From the NCBI GenBank assembly GCA_964404925.1, contig CAYOLW010000004.1, positions 8,894-72,893 of the forward strand: DNA of 64,000 nucleotides, read 5' to 3'. This document shows positions 10,677 through 18,680 of the stretch, in pieces. Position 1 is the stretch's first letter. Each line of letters begins with the position of its first letter. The notes below the pieces were generated by a model. It searched no databases and was not told where the DNA came from. It saw only the letters and a list, made by a program, of their open reading frames with translations. The stretch comes from an uncultured Candidatus Saccharibacteria bacterium (GTDB lineage: Bacteria > Patescibacteriota > Minisyncoccia > Phycocordibacterales > UBA9973). The position numbers and the translations under genes were made by a program.

Positions 10677-10706
10677 TTGACTTTTACCTATAAAATTGGT
10701 AATAAT
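10677..10706 (+). promoter_or_regulatory. sigma70-type promoter for leader ORF
   Basis: TTGACT-17 bp-TAATAAT, with TG just upstream of the -10. Confidence 0.65.
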
Positions 10707-10715
10707 AAATTCAGT

Positions 10716-10820
10716 ATGAAGTTAAACATTAACCAAATAAAGGCAAATTTTCTAAACCTCGTCGGTTACGTCTTTATTATGTGGCTGGTCTATCCGGCTA
10801 CGTCGAGGGTTGGTGTTTGA
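10716..10820 (+). CDS. Putative attenuator leader peptide (34 aa)
   Basis: MKLNINQIKANFLNLVGYVFIMWLVYPATSRVGV*; contains TCGAGGGTT (10803-10811) complementary to the terminator 5' arm. Confidence 0.6.
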   Translation: MKLNINQIKANFLNLVGYVFIMWLVYPATSRVGV

Positions 10821-10854
10821 TTTTTTCTCTAATTAGGTGAAGAAACTAAGCAGG

Positions 10855-10887
10855 AACCCTTGATGATTCAAGGGTTTTTGTTCTTTT
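10855..10887 (+). terminator. Attenuator terminator upstream of 456-aa gene
   Basis: AACCCTTGA-TGAT-TCAAGGGTT followed by TTTGTTCTTTT. Confidence 0.8.
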
Positions 10888-10946
10888 GGGTGTATCCGCG
10901 TTAACCAGACCGACACTCAGCTCTTTCAAAAAAAATAAAATAAATC

Positions 10947-12317
10947 ATGAAAAAGCTTAACCGTCTTCAATTGCTTTACCCGCAAAAGCCTACAAAAAAC
11001 AATTTGAATCCCGAACCGGTGACTTACGAAAGTTTGCATGGTCAACCTACAAATTTTTTCATCATTGGCGTTGATGCCAAAAATCCCTGGGGTGGACAGT
11101 CTCATAAACTAACACCATCAGACGTGCTTACTTTAACACAAGCAGGTATTGAAATTAGGGCAACCCCACACATAGGGTTGCACTGGCCTTCGAATTCGAT
11201 GTATCCCCATATGGGAGTCACAATATGTGACTACATGGGGAATATGTCCGTAGTGGATACTGCGGACGAACCACAGAACATAAAGGAAAATGGTGTGACT
11301 CACCACTGTGCGATTCAAACAGAACCCGTGCTTTCACCATATTTGAAAGTTAATCCGAGTGTTATCCAAAGCAATGGTTATTTATCCGCCAAAAATTTTG
11401 CTAGCAAAACAAACCTTGGATACGTTCACCATGAAGCAAAAAGAATGGCTTTGGGTCGAGAGAATGTAATGTTAGATGCAGATTTACTTACTTTTCCCTG
11501 GATTCACGATTTTTTCCAAGTCATTGTTGAAAATGAAGTTTTCATTTTACAGGGATATGATCAGCGCAAGGGTATTTTCGACCGCTACATCTCTACGGAA
11601 GGAATCGTGACTCGAGTAGATTCACCCGGAAAGGTTTGTAATATTGAGCAGTTTTTGATTATGAAAAGTCAGCACGCAGAAATGATCAGAAATGATTGTT
11701 TGTTGCCTGCAGCAGGATTTTTCCCAATCAAAGAAGCAGTCATTTTGCTTGATTCATTAATTTGTTATTTTCAACAAATTAAACCAGGACTTGCACAAGA
11801 AGAAATTGGCGACACTTACACCGTAAGTGGGATTGACATGATTAACTATACAAAATCTCAACCACTCCGAGATGTGCTTGATAGAATGTATAAATGTCTA
11901 CTTGCTTCTGGAAAGTTTGAATGGTTGCCTCAATTCATGGGACATACCATACTTCCTGGTGGAACCTTTAGGTTTCTTCCATGTAGTGCAGAACAGGGTT
12001 TGTTGGAAAGCGTATTAAAATTGATTGATCTGCATAAACAGAGAGCAGAATTAAATTTTGGACTCGCCAATGTGGGAGATGACCACAATGAACGCGCTCA
12101 TTTATTGTTATGGAGTAAAGAAATCATTAACCCAAGTTTTGTAATTGAAAGGAAAAACTTCCGTAGATTGCTTTCTGAGCGTAGAGGATTCAGTCAGTTT
12201 GACCTGTTAAACGGTGATTTCGTTCCTGAAGAAGTTGTTAGGCCTTTAATGTCTTTGAGTTTTGAACAAATTAACAATCTTGTTAAAGTCGAAGACAAAG
12301 AGGAACAGGCAGCATAA
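10947..12317 (+). CDS. Hypothetical soluble enzyme-like protein, possibly HUP/class I aaRS-like fold
   Basis: 456-aa ORF with A-rich leader and own terminator; ATPHIG and SGIDMINY segments are only suggestive of fold. Confidence 0.6.
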   Translation: MKKLNRLQLLYPQKPTKNNLNPEPVTYESLHGQPTNFFIIGVDAKNPWGGQSHKLTPSDVLTLTQAGIEIRATPHIGLHWPSNSMYPHMGVTICDYMGNMSVVDTADEPQNIKENGVTHHCAIQTEPVLSPYLKVNPSVIQSNGYLSAKNFASKTNLGYVHHEAKRMALGRENVMLDADLLTFPWIHDFFQVIVENEVFILQGYDQRKGIFDRYISTEGIVTRVDSPGKVCNIEQFLIMKSQHAEMIRNDCLLPAAGFFPIKEAVILLDSLICYFQQIKPGLAQEEIGDTYTVSGIDMINYTKSQPLRDVLDRMYKCLLASGKFEWLPQFMGHTILPGGTFRFLPCSAEQGLLESVLKLIDLHKQRAELNFGLANVGDDHNERAHLLLWSKEIINPSFVIERKNFRRLLSERRGFSQFDLLNGDFVPEEVVRPLMSLSFEQINNLVKVEDKEEQAA

Positions 12318-12341
12318 GTTTTATTTTTTTAATCCAACATT

Positions 12342-12391
12342 AAGGGATACTGAGCTTTCGAGCTATCAAAACAGTATCCCTTTATTTTTTT
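12342..12391 (+). terminator. Intrinsic terminator
   Basis: AAGGGATACTG...CAGTATCCCTT followed by T-tract. Confidence 0.8.
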
Positions 12392-12415
12392 ATAATTTAC
12401 AGTAAGATACATATT

Positions 12416-13417
12416 ATGAATAAATATCGCATTATCGACGGACATCAAGACATATCTTTCAACTCTTTGCATGTCACGGGCAAGGATTTTTTGGCGAAAA
12501 ATAGCTTTGATGAATCACACCTTTTGTCTGCACCACGGCTCAACCAGTCGGACTATGTACGGCTCACGCAGAGCGGGGTAAAGGTGGTATTTGGGGTTTG
12601 TTTTCCATATAAATTTGATGGAAAAAGTATAATTTCGAGCACAGACATCTGCCAAGAGGAGATGGAGCGTCAGTTGGATTATTACAATGATCTAGAGGTG
12701 AGAAGTGAAGGCAGAGTTAAAATAATACGTACGAAAGCAGATCTAGAGACAGTGCTTGATACAGACGGCATGCTAGGCATAGTCTTGCTTGCCGAGGATG
12801 CAATTGGCATTAATATAAATAATATTGAGGGTTTTTATAATAAAGGATTACGTATGATTGGCCCTGTATGGAATCGCGACAATCAGTACGGTGGAGGCAC
12901 AGACAGTAATAACGGCATAACAGAGGACGGTAAAGGTCTACTTAAAAAAATGGAAGAGCTTGGTATTATGCTTGATACAGCTCACATGAATTCAAAACTT
13001 TTTTGGGACGCAATGAATTGTTTCAATGGTAGGGTATTCAATTCTCACACATGCACACTATCGCTTAATCCACATCGCAGGAATCTGGATGATGCACAAA
13101 TTAAAGAAATAGCAGATCGGGGTGGAGTGTTGGGTATTGCTTTTGTACCTGAATTTTTAAACAAAAATACAGAGGATGCAACAATTCATGATGTGGTAGC
13201 GCACATCAATCACGCGGTGGATGTGTGCGACATAGATCATATCGCATTCGGCTCAGACTTTGATGGCATGTCTTGGCCTAAATATGTACCTAGTCTTAAA
13301 GATACGAGTGAGTATATAAATCTAGTTAAAGGGTTAGAAAAAGTATATTCACCAGAAGATGTAGAGAAAATTATCTATAATAATTGGAAAAATTTCTTAC
13401 TTTCGGCACTGGCTTAA
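12416..13417 (+). CDS. Membrane (renal-type) dipeptidase, M19
   Basis: DGHQD, LDTAH, SHT, RNLDD, GSDFDG. Confidence 0.92.
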   Translation: MNKYRIIDGHQDISFNSLHVTGKDFLAKNSFDESHLLSAPRLNQSDYVRLTQSGVKVVFGVCFPYKFDGKSIISSTDICQEEMERQLDYYNDLEVRSEGRVKIIRTKADLETVLDTDGMLGIVLLAEDAIGININNIEGFYNKGLRMIGPVWNRDNQYGGGTDSNNGITEDGKGLLKKMEELGIMLDTAHMNSKLFWDAMNCFNGRVFNSHTCTLSLNPHRRNLDDAQIKEIADRGGVLGIAFVPEFLNKNTEDATIHDVVAHINHAVDVCDIDHIAFGSDFDGMSWPKYVPSLKDTSEYINLVKGLEKVYSPEDVEKIIYNNWKNFLLSALA

Positions 13418-13444
13418 AATGCCGGTTTGCGTTAGTATATCTAT

Positions 13445-14851
13445 ATGCAAAATAGAATTTTAATTAAAGATTTAAACACTAAAGTAGGCGGAGAGGTGAC
13501 TATTGCTGGGTGGGTCAATGTACGCAGAGACCAAGGGAAAATGATATTTATGGATTTCCGAGATATGACCGGCTTGGTGCAGGGGGTTATTTTGCCTGGT
13601 AGTGAAGCTATGGAGACAGGTAAAGAAGTCCGCCCAGAATGGGTCGTGCAGGTTCGTGGCAAGGTCAACGAACGTCCAGAAAGGAACAAAAAAGCAGATG
13701 TGTTAAATGGTGATATAGAACTTGAAATACTGGGCATAGAAGTATTAAACAAAGCAGAGACCCTACCATACCCAATAGATGGTGATACTCGGGAGGTGAA
13801 TGAAGATGCTCGTTTGAAATACCGATATTTAGATCTACGCAATGACAGGATGCAGCACAATATGCGAATGCGTTCCAAGGTACAGAATTTGGTGAGGAAC
13901 CACCTTGCAGAAGAAGGATTTACTGAAGTTGAAACCCCACTCATGTCCGCGCCAACACCCGAGGGTTCTAGATCTTTTGTGGTACCAAGTCGTATATATC
14001 CAGGGAATTTTTACTCCCTACCGCAGTCTCCGCAGCAATACAAGCAGCTGTTAATGGTGGCTGGATTTGAGAAATATTTCCAATTTGCTAAATGCATGCG
14101 CGACGAAGATACTCGTGGGGACAGGCAGCCAGAATTCACGCAGCTTGATATGGAATTGTCTTTTGTTACCGAGGAAGACGTAATGGCACTGAATGAAAAG
14201 CTTCTTATTAAACTCGTTCAAGAACTCTATCCAGAAAAGAAAATTCAGCAGATACCTTTCCCACGGATTTCATACAATGAAGCCATGGAGAAATATGGCA
14301 ATGATCGTCCAGACATCCGAGAAGATAAAAATGATCCCAACCTACTCGCATTCCTATGGGTGGTTGATTTCCCAATGTTTGAGAAGACCGGGGAGGATAA
14401 CGTAGACGGTACTGGTGAATGGACTTTTACTCACAACCCTTTTTCCAAGCCTCGGGCAGAACATATGGATGATTTCATGAATAAAAAGAACATTGGTGAA
14501 ATACTGACAACCCAGTATGATATTACATTAAACGGATATGAGATAGGTGGCGGTAGTATCAGAAACCACGAAGCCAGCGCGCTAAGGAATACTTTTGAAA
14601 TAATGGGTTACAATGCAGATAGAATAGATTTAAACTTCAAACACATGCTTGAAGCGCTGGATTTCGGTGCGCCACCACACGGAGGTATTGCTTGGGGGTT
14701 TGATCGATTGATGATGATACTCCATAACGAGCCAAATATTCGAGAAGTTATTCCTTTCGCTAAAACAGGTGAAGGTAAAGACCTCATGATGAACGCCCCT
14801 GCTAAAATCGCAGAAAATCAGATGAAGGAATTGAAGTTAAAGTCTGTCTAA
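13445..14851 (+). CDS. aspS: Aspartyl-tRNA synthetase (short form lacking GAD insert)
   Basis: YRYLDLR, LPQSPQQYKQLLM, RQPEFTQLD, GAPPHGGIAWGFDR. Confidence 0.96.
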   Translation: MQNRILIKDLNTKVGGEVTIAGWVNVRRDQGKMIFMDFRDMTGLVQGVILPGSEAMETGKEVRPEWVVQVRGKVNERPERNKKADVLNGDIELEILGIEVLNKAETLPYPIDGDTREVNEDARLKYRYLDLRNDRMQHNMRMRSKVQNLVRNHLAEEGFTEVETPLMSAPTPEGSRSFVVPSRIYPGNFYSLPQSPQQYKQLLMVAGFEKYFQFAKCMRDEDTRGDRQPEFTQLDMELSFVTEEDVMALNEKLLIKLVQELYPEKKIQQIPFPRISYNEAMEKYGNDRPDIREDKNDPNLLAFLWVVDFPMFEKTGEDNVDGTGEWTFTHNPFSKPRAEHMDDFMNKKNIGEILTTQYDITLNGYEIGGGSIRNHEASALRNTFEIMGYNADRIDLNFKHMLEALDFGAPPHGGIAWGFDRLMMILHNEPNIREVIPFAKTGEGKDLMMNAPAKIAENQMKELKLKSV

Positions 14852-14858
14852 TAGGTTT

Positions 14859-15200
14859 ATGCAGAATAATTTATTGAAGAAAAAATGTGTACCGTGTGAG
14901 GGGAAAGTAGACCCATTTTTACCCGAAGAAGCACGTAATTACATGCCAGATGTCCCTGGATGGGTACTTGCTGATAATGCTAAGAGTGTTGAAAGGGAAT
15001 TTAAATTCACTGATTTTATAGGTGCCATAAATTTCATCAACAATGTAGCCGATATTGCAGAAAGCGAAGGACACCACCCAGATATAGAAATACATTACAA
15101 CAAGGTAAAACTAACCTTAACCACACATTCCATCGGCGGTTTGTCAGAAAACGACTTTATTGTTGCAGCAAAAATTAGTGAATTAAAACCTAGTTTTTAG
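14859..15200 (+). CDS. Pterin-4-alpha-carbinolamine dehydratase family
   Basis: CVPCEG, EGHHPDI, THSIGGLSENDF. Confidence 0.93.
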   Translation: MQNNLLKKKCVPCEGKVDPFLPEEARNYMPDVPGWVLADNAKSVEREFKFTDFIGAINFINNVADIAESEGHHPDIEIHYNKVKLTLTTHSIGGLSENDFIVAAKISELKPSF

Positions 15201-16275
15201 TTCCAATAGCAATTAAGAAATCTTTCAGGATATCACTATAAGTTTTGAGGCTTTTTATATCTACCCATTCTTCATCGCTACCGATACCTCCACCAATAGG
15301 GCCAAATTCTACTCCGGGGCAGCCCACATCGGCAAAATGCCTTGCATCTGATGTTCCATTAGCACCACGTAGGATTGCCTTATTTTTTATATTTTTTGTA
15401 GTTGCTTTCGCAAGTTCTACTAAATATTTATTATCTTTCGCGGTAAACATCGGAGGTTCTTTCTCGACAACTTCTAACTTGAGTTTTAATTCTTTAGCTA
15501 GGTTTTTGATTTGAGCCTCGATGGTTTTCTTATCTTCTTCAACAAAGCGTATATCTAAACTAGCAGCACAGTCACTCGGTATTTTATTTATTGAATTATT
15601 GGTTGTCTCAACTTTACTTAGGTTCACAGTTGTAGCCCAAACTTCCTTTTTTGGAATAGGGAATTTCTTTTTTAGATTATTTAAAAATGTGTTAATTTTC
15701 CAAATTGCATTATCTCCACGCCATGGGTAGGCTCCGTGAGCTGTAACACCATTTGCTAAAATTTTAACCCAGAATACGCCCTTGGCTTTGTGCACAATGT
15801 CGAAATTTGTTGGTTCAGTGGCAATTACAAAGTCAGCTCGAGCGCCTTTCTCAACTTGCAATTTCGTACCATTGAATCCGCCCACTTCTTCGTCTGTTAC
15901 AAGCTGAACAGCGACAGGGTAGTTGAGGTCTTTTGCCAATTCTTTAAAAAGTAATATCGCAGCAGCAGCATTACCTTTCATATCCATTGATCCCACACCG
16001 TACAGACGCCCATTTTTTATTTTTGGTATGTAGTTTTCTTCTAGTCCTGGCACAACGTCTAAGTGAACATTAAAAAGAACCTTAAATTTTTTTGGTCTTG
16101 TTGCTGTGTTGTATACGAGCGCGCTTGGAATTCCTTCTCGTTCGAATCTTTCAATTTTATAATCTTGTAAATACGATAGGGCTAAATCTAGTACCTCATT
16201 TAATCCGGTACTATTGCCGTCAAACGACTTTATTGAAACAAATTTCTTAGTTAATTCTAGTATTTCTTTTTCCAT
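15190..16275 (-). CDS. M20 family peptidase/deacylase (ArgE/DapE-like)
   Basis: HLDVVP, GSMDMKG, DEEVGG, AHGAYPW, GTSDARH. Confidence 0.92.
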   Translation of the reverse strand: MEKEILELTKKFVSIKSFDGNSTGLNEVLDLALSYLQDYKIERFEREGIPSALVYNTATRPKKFKVLFNVHLDVVPGLEENYIPKIKNGRLYGVGSMDMKGNAAAAILLFKELAKDLNYPVAVQLVTDEEVGGFNGTKLQVEKGARADFVIATEPTNFDIVHKAKGVFWVKILANGVTAHGAYPWRGDNAIWKINTFLNNLKKKFPIPKKEVWATTVNLSKVETTNNSINKIPSDCAASLDIRFVEEDKKTIEAQIKNLAKELKLKLEVVEKEPPMFTAKDNKYLVELAKATTKNIKNKAILRGANGTSDARHFADVGCPGVEFGPIGGGIGSDEEWVDIKSLKTYSDILKDFLIAIGTKN

Positions 16276-16284
16276 ATAAATTTT

Positions 16285-16320
16285 AAACCGGGTAGGCGAA
16301 TTATCTCGCTTACCCGGTTT
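16285..16320. terminator. Strong intergenic hairpin (terminator or mRNA stabiliser)
   Basis: AAACCGGGTAGGCGA-ATTATC-TCGCTTACCCGGTTT. Confidence 0.6.
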
Positions 16321-16323
16321 GGA

Positions 16324-17208
16324 TTATAACACAAAACTTAAAACTTTCTGTAGTTGCATTTTGATGCCCTCATCTGTGCCTCGTGGCATGGGACGTACCT
16401 CGATGCACAGTGAATCACCGTAACGTTTTAACCTGAAATACCACCAAATGCTTCGTATGAATAATGGTACGTCTAAATCAATTACATTCTTAAATGATAC
16501 TAAGTTTGTACCTTGTACAACATTGTGCTGACTCAGCTGCCAGCAGTAATTTTCCAACGATTCAAACAGCAGGGGTCCGCCATAACGATCCTCCTTGTAT
16601 GCAGCTTTTGATTGAGTAATGTACTTCCTCCAAATTTTTTCCTGTGGATAGGCTGCAAGAAAAGTGCTGATGTTTTTGCCAAACTTGTTTAGAATCGGCA
16701 CAGCATCAATCAACGATACGCTGAATGTGAACTGAACACTGGAAGTCGTCGCCATAGGTAATAATGCTTCCTTGCCATCTAGTTGCAACCATACAGCATC
16801 GCGTTCATCCGGTATGGCAAGTAGATTTTCGTTTGATTGTAAGACTGGTCCAAAAAAAGGGAAAGCGTCAAAGTTTCGAGCTGCACGGTACAAAATTTGT
16901 AGCGAATTAAGGGTAACATCAAGAATCGATTCCTTGTTAGTGACAAAACTACCAAATTCGATGTTATGACGCCCTAACTCATAGGTGAAGGTGTTACCAT
17001 AGCAGTCTGTAATTCCTGTGATTAGGTTTGCTTTTTGTTGGGTAATCTTCCATCCATGTTGGGATAAGTATCTGAAAATACATTGAGAAGTTTCAAGAGT
17101 GATTGGCGAACCATTAGGTGTAGTAAATTGGGTTTCAACTTCTGAACCAATGGTCTGAAGAGTTTCGGAATTAATTCCTTGGCTTAAAAATTCGATGAGA
17201 TTTTCCAT
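16324..17208 (-). CDS. Glutamate-cysteine ligase (GCS2)-like carboxylate-amine ligase, short form
   Basis: IGSEVET, YELGRHNIEFGS, TSSVQFTF, FRLK, IEVRPMP match the GCS/GS-fold motif order. Confidence 0.7.
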   Translation of the reverse strand: MENLIEFLSQGINSETLQTIGSEVETQFTTPNGSPITLETSQCIFRYLSQHGWKITQQKANLITGITDCYGNTFTYELGRHNIEFGSFVTNKESILDVTLNSLQILYRAARNFDAFPFFGPVLQSNENLLAIPDERDAVWLQLDGKEALLPMATTSSVQFTFSVSLIDAVPILNKFGKNISTFLAAYPQEKIWRKYITQSKAAYKEDRYGGPLLFESLENYCWQLSQHNVVQGTNLVSFKNVIDLDVPLFIRSIWWYFRLKRYGDSLCIEVRPMPRGTDEGIKMQLQKVLSFVL

Positions 17209-17244
17209 GTTATTTTATTGTTTTTGAATGAACAGTGTTTAAAG

Positions 17245-17268
17245 AAAAAACCTTCTCACTTGAGAAGG
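17245..17268 (-). terminator. Attenuator-like terminator between yerC and GCS2-like gene
   Basis: Minus strand CCTTCTC-AAGT-GAGAAGG followed by TTTTTT. Confidence 0.8.
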
Positions 17269-17289
17269 GATTAGTTTCGAGTATTTTGA

Positions 17290-17667
17290 TTACTTCAAAT
17301 TCAATCCTTTCCCAGGTTTACTTTTATTGCTATGGATTCGATGGAGGACTAATTGGTATCCACCCAACGATCCTTTCAAGAATTTAGCGACTCGTGCAAT
17401 TGTGGCGGTAGACAATCCTGTGGATTCGGCAATTGCATTGTATTGTGTGTTTTGTGAAAGCAGGGAAGCAGCCTCAAGCCTGCGGGCAAACTCCTCTATT
17501 TCACCAATGGTCATAAGGTCACGCAGGAACCTTTCAACTTCATCCTCATTTTTCAAAGATAAAAATACCTGCACTAATTGTGCATTTTTCTTGTCTTGCC
17601 AGTCTGCATCTTGTCCCACAGACTTCACTGTCGAAATCTTGGTATTTTTATTCATTCCTCTGCTCAT
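17290..17667 (-). CDS. yerC: TrpR-family repressor YerC/YecD (HisR-like)
   Basis: FLRDLMT..EI..FARRL, STGLSTATIARV..L..GGY; start set at MSRG (17667) from promoter geometry. Confidence 0.88.
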   Translation of the reverse strand: MSRGMNKNTKISTVKSVGQDADWQDKKNAQLVQVFLSLKNEDEVERFLRDLMTIGEIEEFARRLEAASLLSQNTQYNAIAESTGLSTATIARVAKFLKGSLGGYQLVLHRIHSNKSKPGKGLNLK

Positions 17668-17691
17668 ATTGTCCACTTTATCAAAGTGAAT

Positions 17692-17711
17692 TACTTTAGT
17701 CAAGTAAAGTA
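17692..17711. promoter_or_regulatory. HisR/YerC-type palindromic operator overlapping the yerC -35
   Basis: TACTTTA-GTCAAG-TAAAGTA; minus-strand promoter TTGACT-17 bp-TAAAGT-7 nt-ATG. Confidence 0.8.
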
Positions 17712-17740
17712 ATTATTAAGGTCAATTTTTTTTATTTAAA

Positions 17741-18601
17741 TTAAGTTAACTTGATTCTTTTACCTAATATAAAAGCCTCTTCATTTTGTCCATGAGTGTC
17801 GTGTGCAAAAACAATTACACCATTTCTATCTGAATTCACTGGGTGCAAACCATCAAATCCTATCAAGGCGCCTTTTTTAATTGGAGAGAAATCAACAAAC
17901 TTCTTTTTGAGTTTAAAGCTTGCAGATTTGTTTTTATATATTCTCTGCATTTGAAATACCGGCCGTTTATTTTGTTTATTTTTTACTTTATTTTCGTTAT
18001 GTCCTCTAATAATTAGAAAGGAAAGTATTGTTTCTTTTGCTAAATTTACGGCTTTTATATCATCGTGCTGACCGCACTCTACAGTAATGCCTATTTTACC
18101 TTTACTATCCATAAAATCATCGGTGGCCCCTGGTTCTATGTCACCAAATCCCCATACTTCACGTATAAACATCTTGGGTAAAAATGTTGCTATTTTGTGC
18201 CCCTTTTTACTACATATTATAAAAGGTTTGCTGCCGGGATTGGTGGTAGAGTGAATATCAAGCAGGGTATCAGCTTTCGTGAGTATCTTCTTTAGATACT
18301 GAGCCCTCTGGTATTCATAGGTTTTTTTAATTTCTTTTGTATAAAAATTTGCTGTTCGAAAAGTTCTATTTAAATTAAATTCAGTTAGACGGACTTTTTG
18401 TTCAATCGCTCTAGGATTACCGAATACAAAATATACCTTACCTTTTTCAATATTAAGCGTAGGTACAATCTGATAAAAAGCTTTAACTCCACATATTTCA
18501 TTACCGTGTGTTCCAGCCATGATGACACTAGTTGGTCCAGGTTTGCCTGAATCAAGCAGGTATCCGTCTGAGAATTTTTGAAACCATTCTTCTTTATCCA
18601 T
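17741..18601 (-). CDS. Succinylglutamate desuccinylase/aspartoacylase (AstE/AspA, M14-like)
   Basis: GTHGNE, NLNR, LDIHS, TVECG. Confidence 0.9.
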   Translation of the reverse strand: MDKEEWFQKFSDGYLLDSGKPGPTSVIMAGTHGNEICGVKAFYQIVPTLNIEKGKVYFVFGNPRAIEQKVRLTEFNLNRTFRTANFYTKEIKKTYEYQRAQYLKKILTKADTLLDIHSTTNPGSKPFIICSKKGHKIATFLPKMFIREVWGFGDIEPGATDDFMDSKGKIGITVECGQHDDIKAVNLAKETILSFLIIRGHNENKVKNKQNKRPVFQMQRIYKNKSASFKLKKKFVDFSPIKKGALIGFDGLHPVNSDRNGVIVFAHDTHGQNEEAFILGKRIKLT

Positions 18602-18617
18602 TAAACGGGATTATAAC

Positions 18618-18657
18618 AAAAAAACCGCAAAGTGGATATTGCTTCCAAATTGCGGTT
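18618..18657 (-). terminator. Intrinsic terminator after ATP-grasp gene
   Basis: AACCGCAA...TTGCGGTT plus T-tract on minus strand. Confidence 0.7.
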
Positions 18658-18680
18658 CCTTAAAATTTTTTATCAAAAAA

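Noticed and set aside
10716-10946. T-box riboswitch interpretation of this leader
   Set aside because: No UGGNACC T-box bulge or stem I AG/GNUG motifs recognised; a translated-leader model fits better
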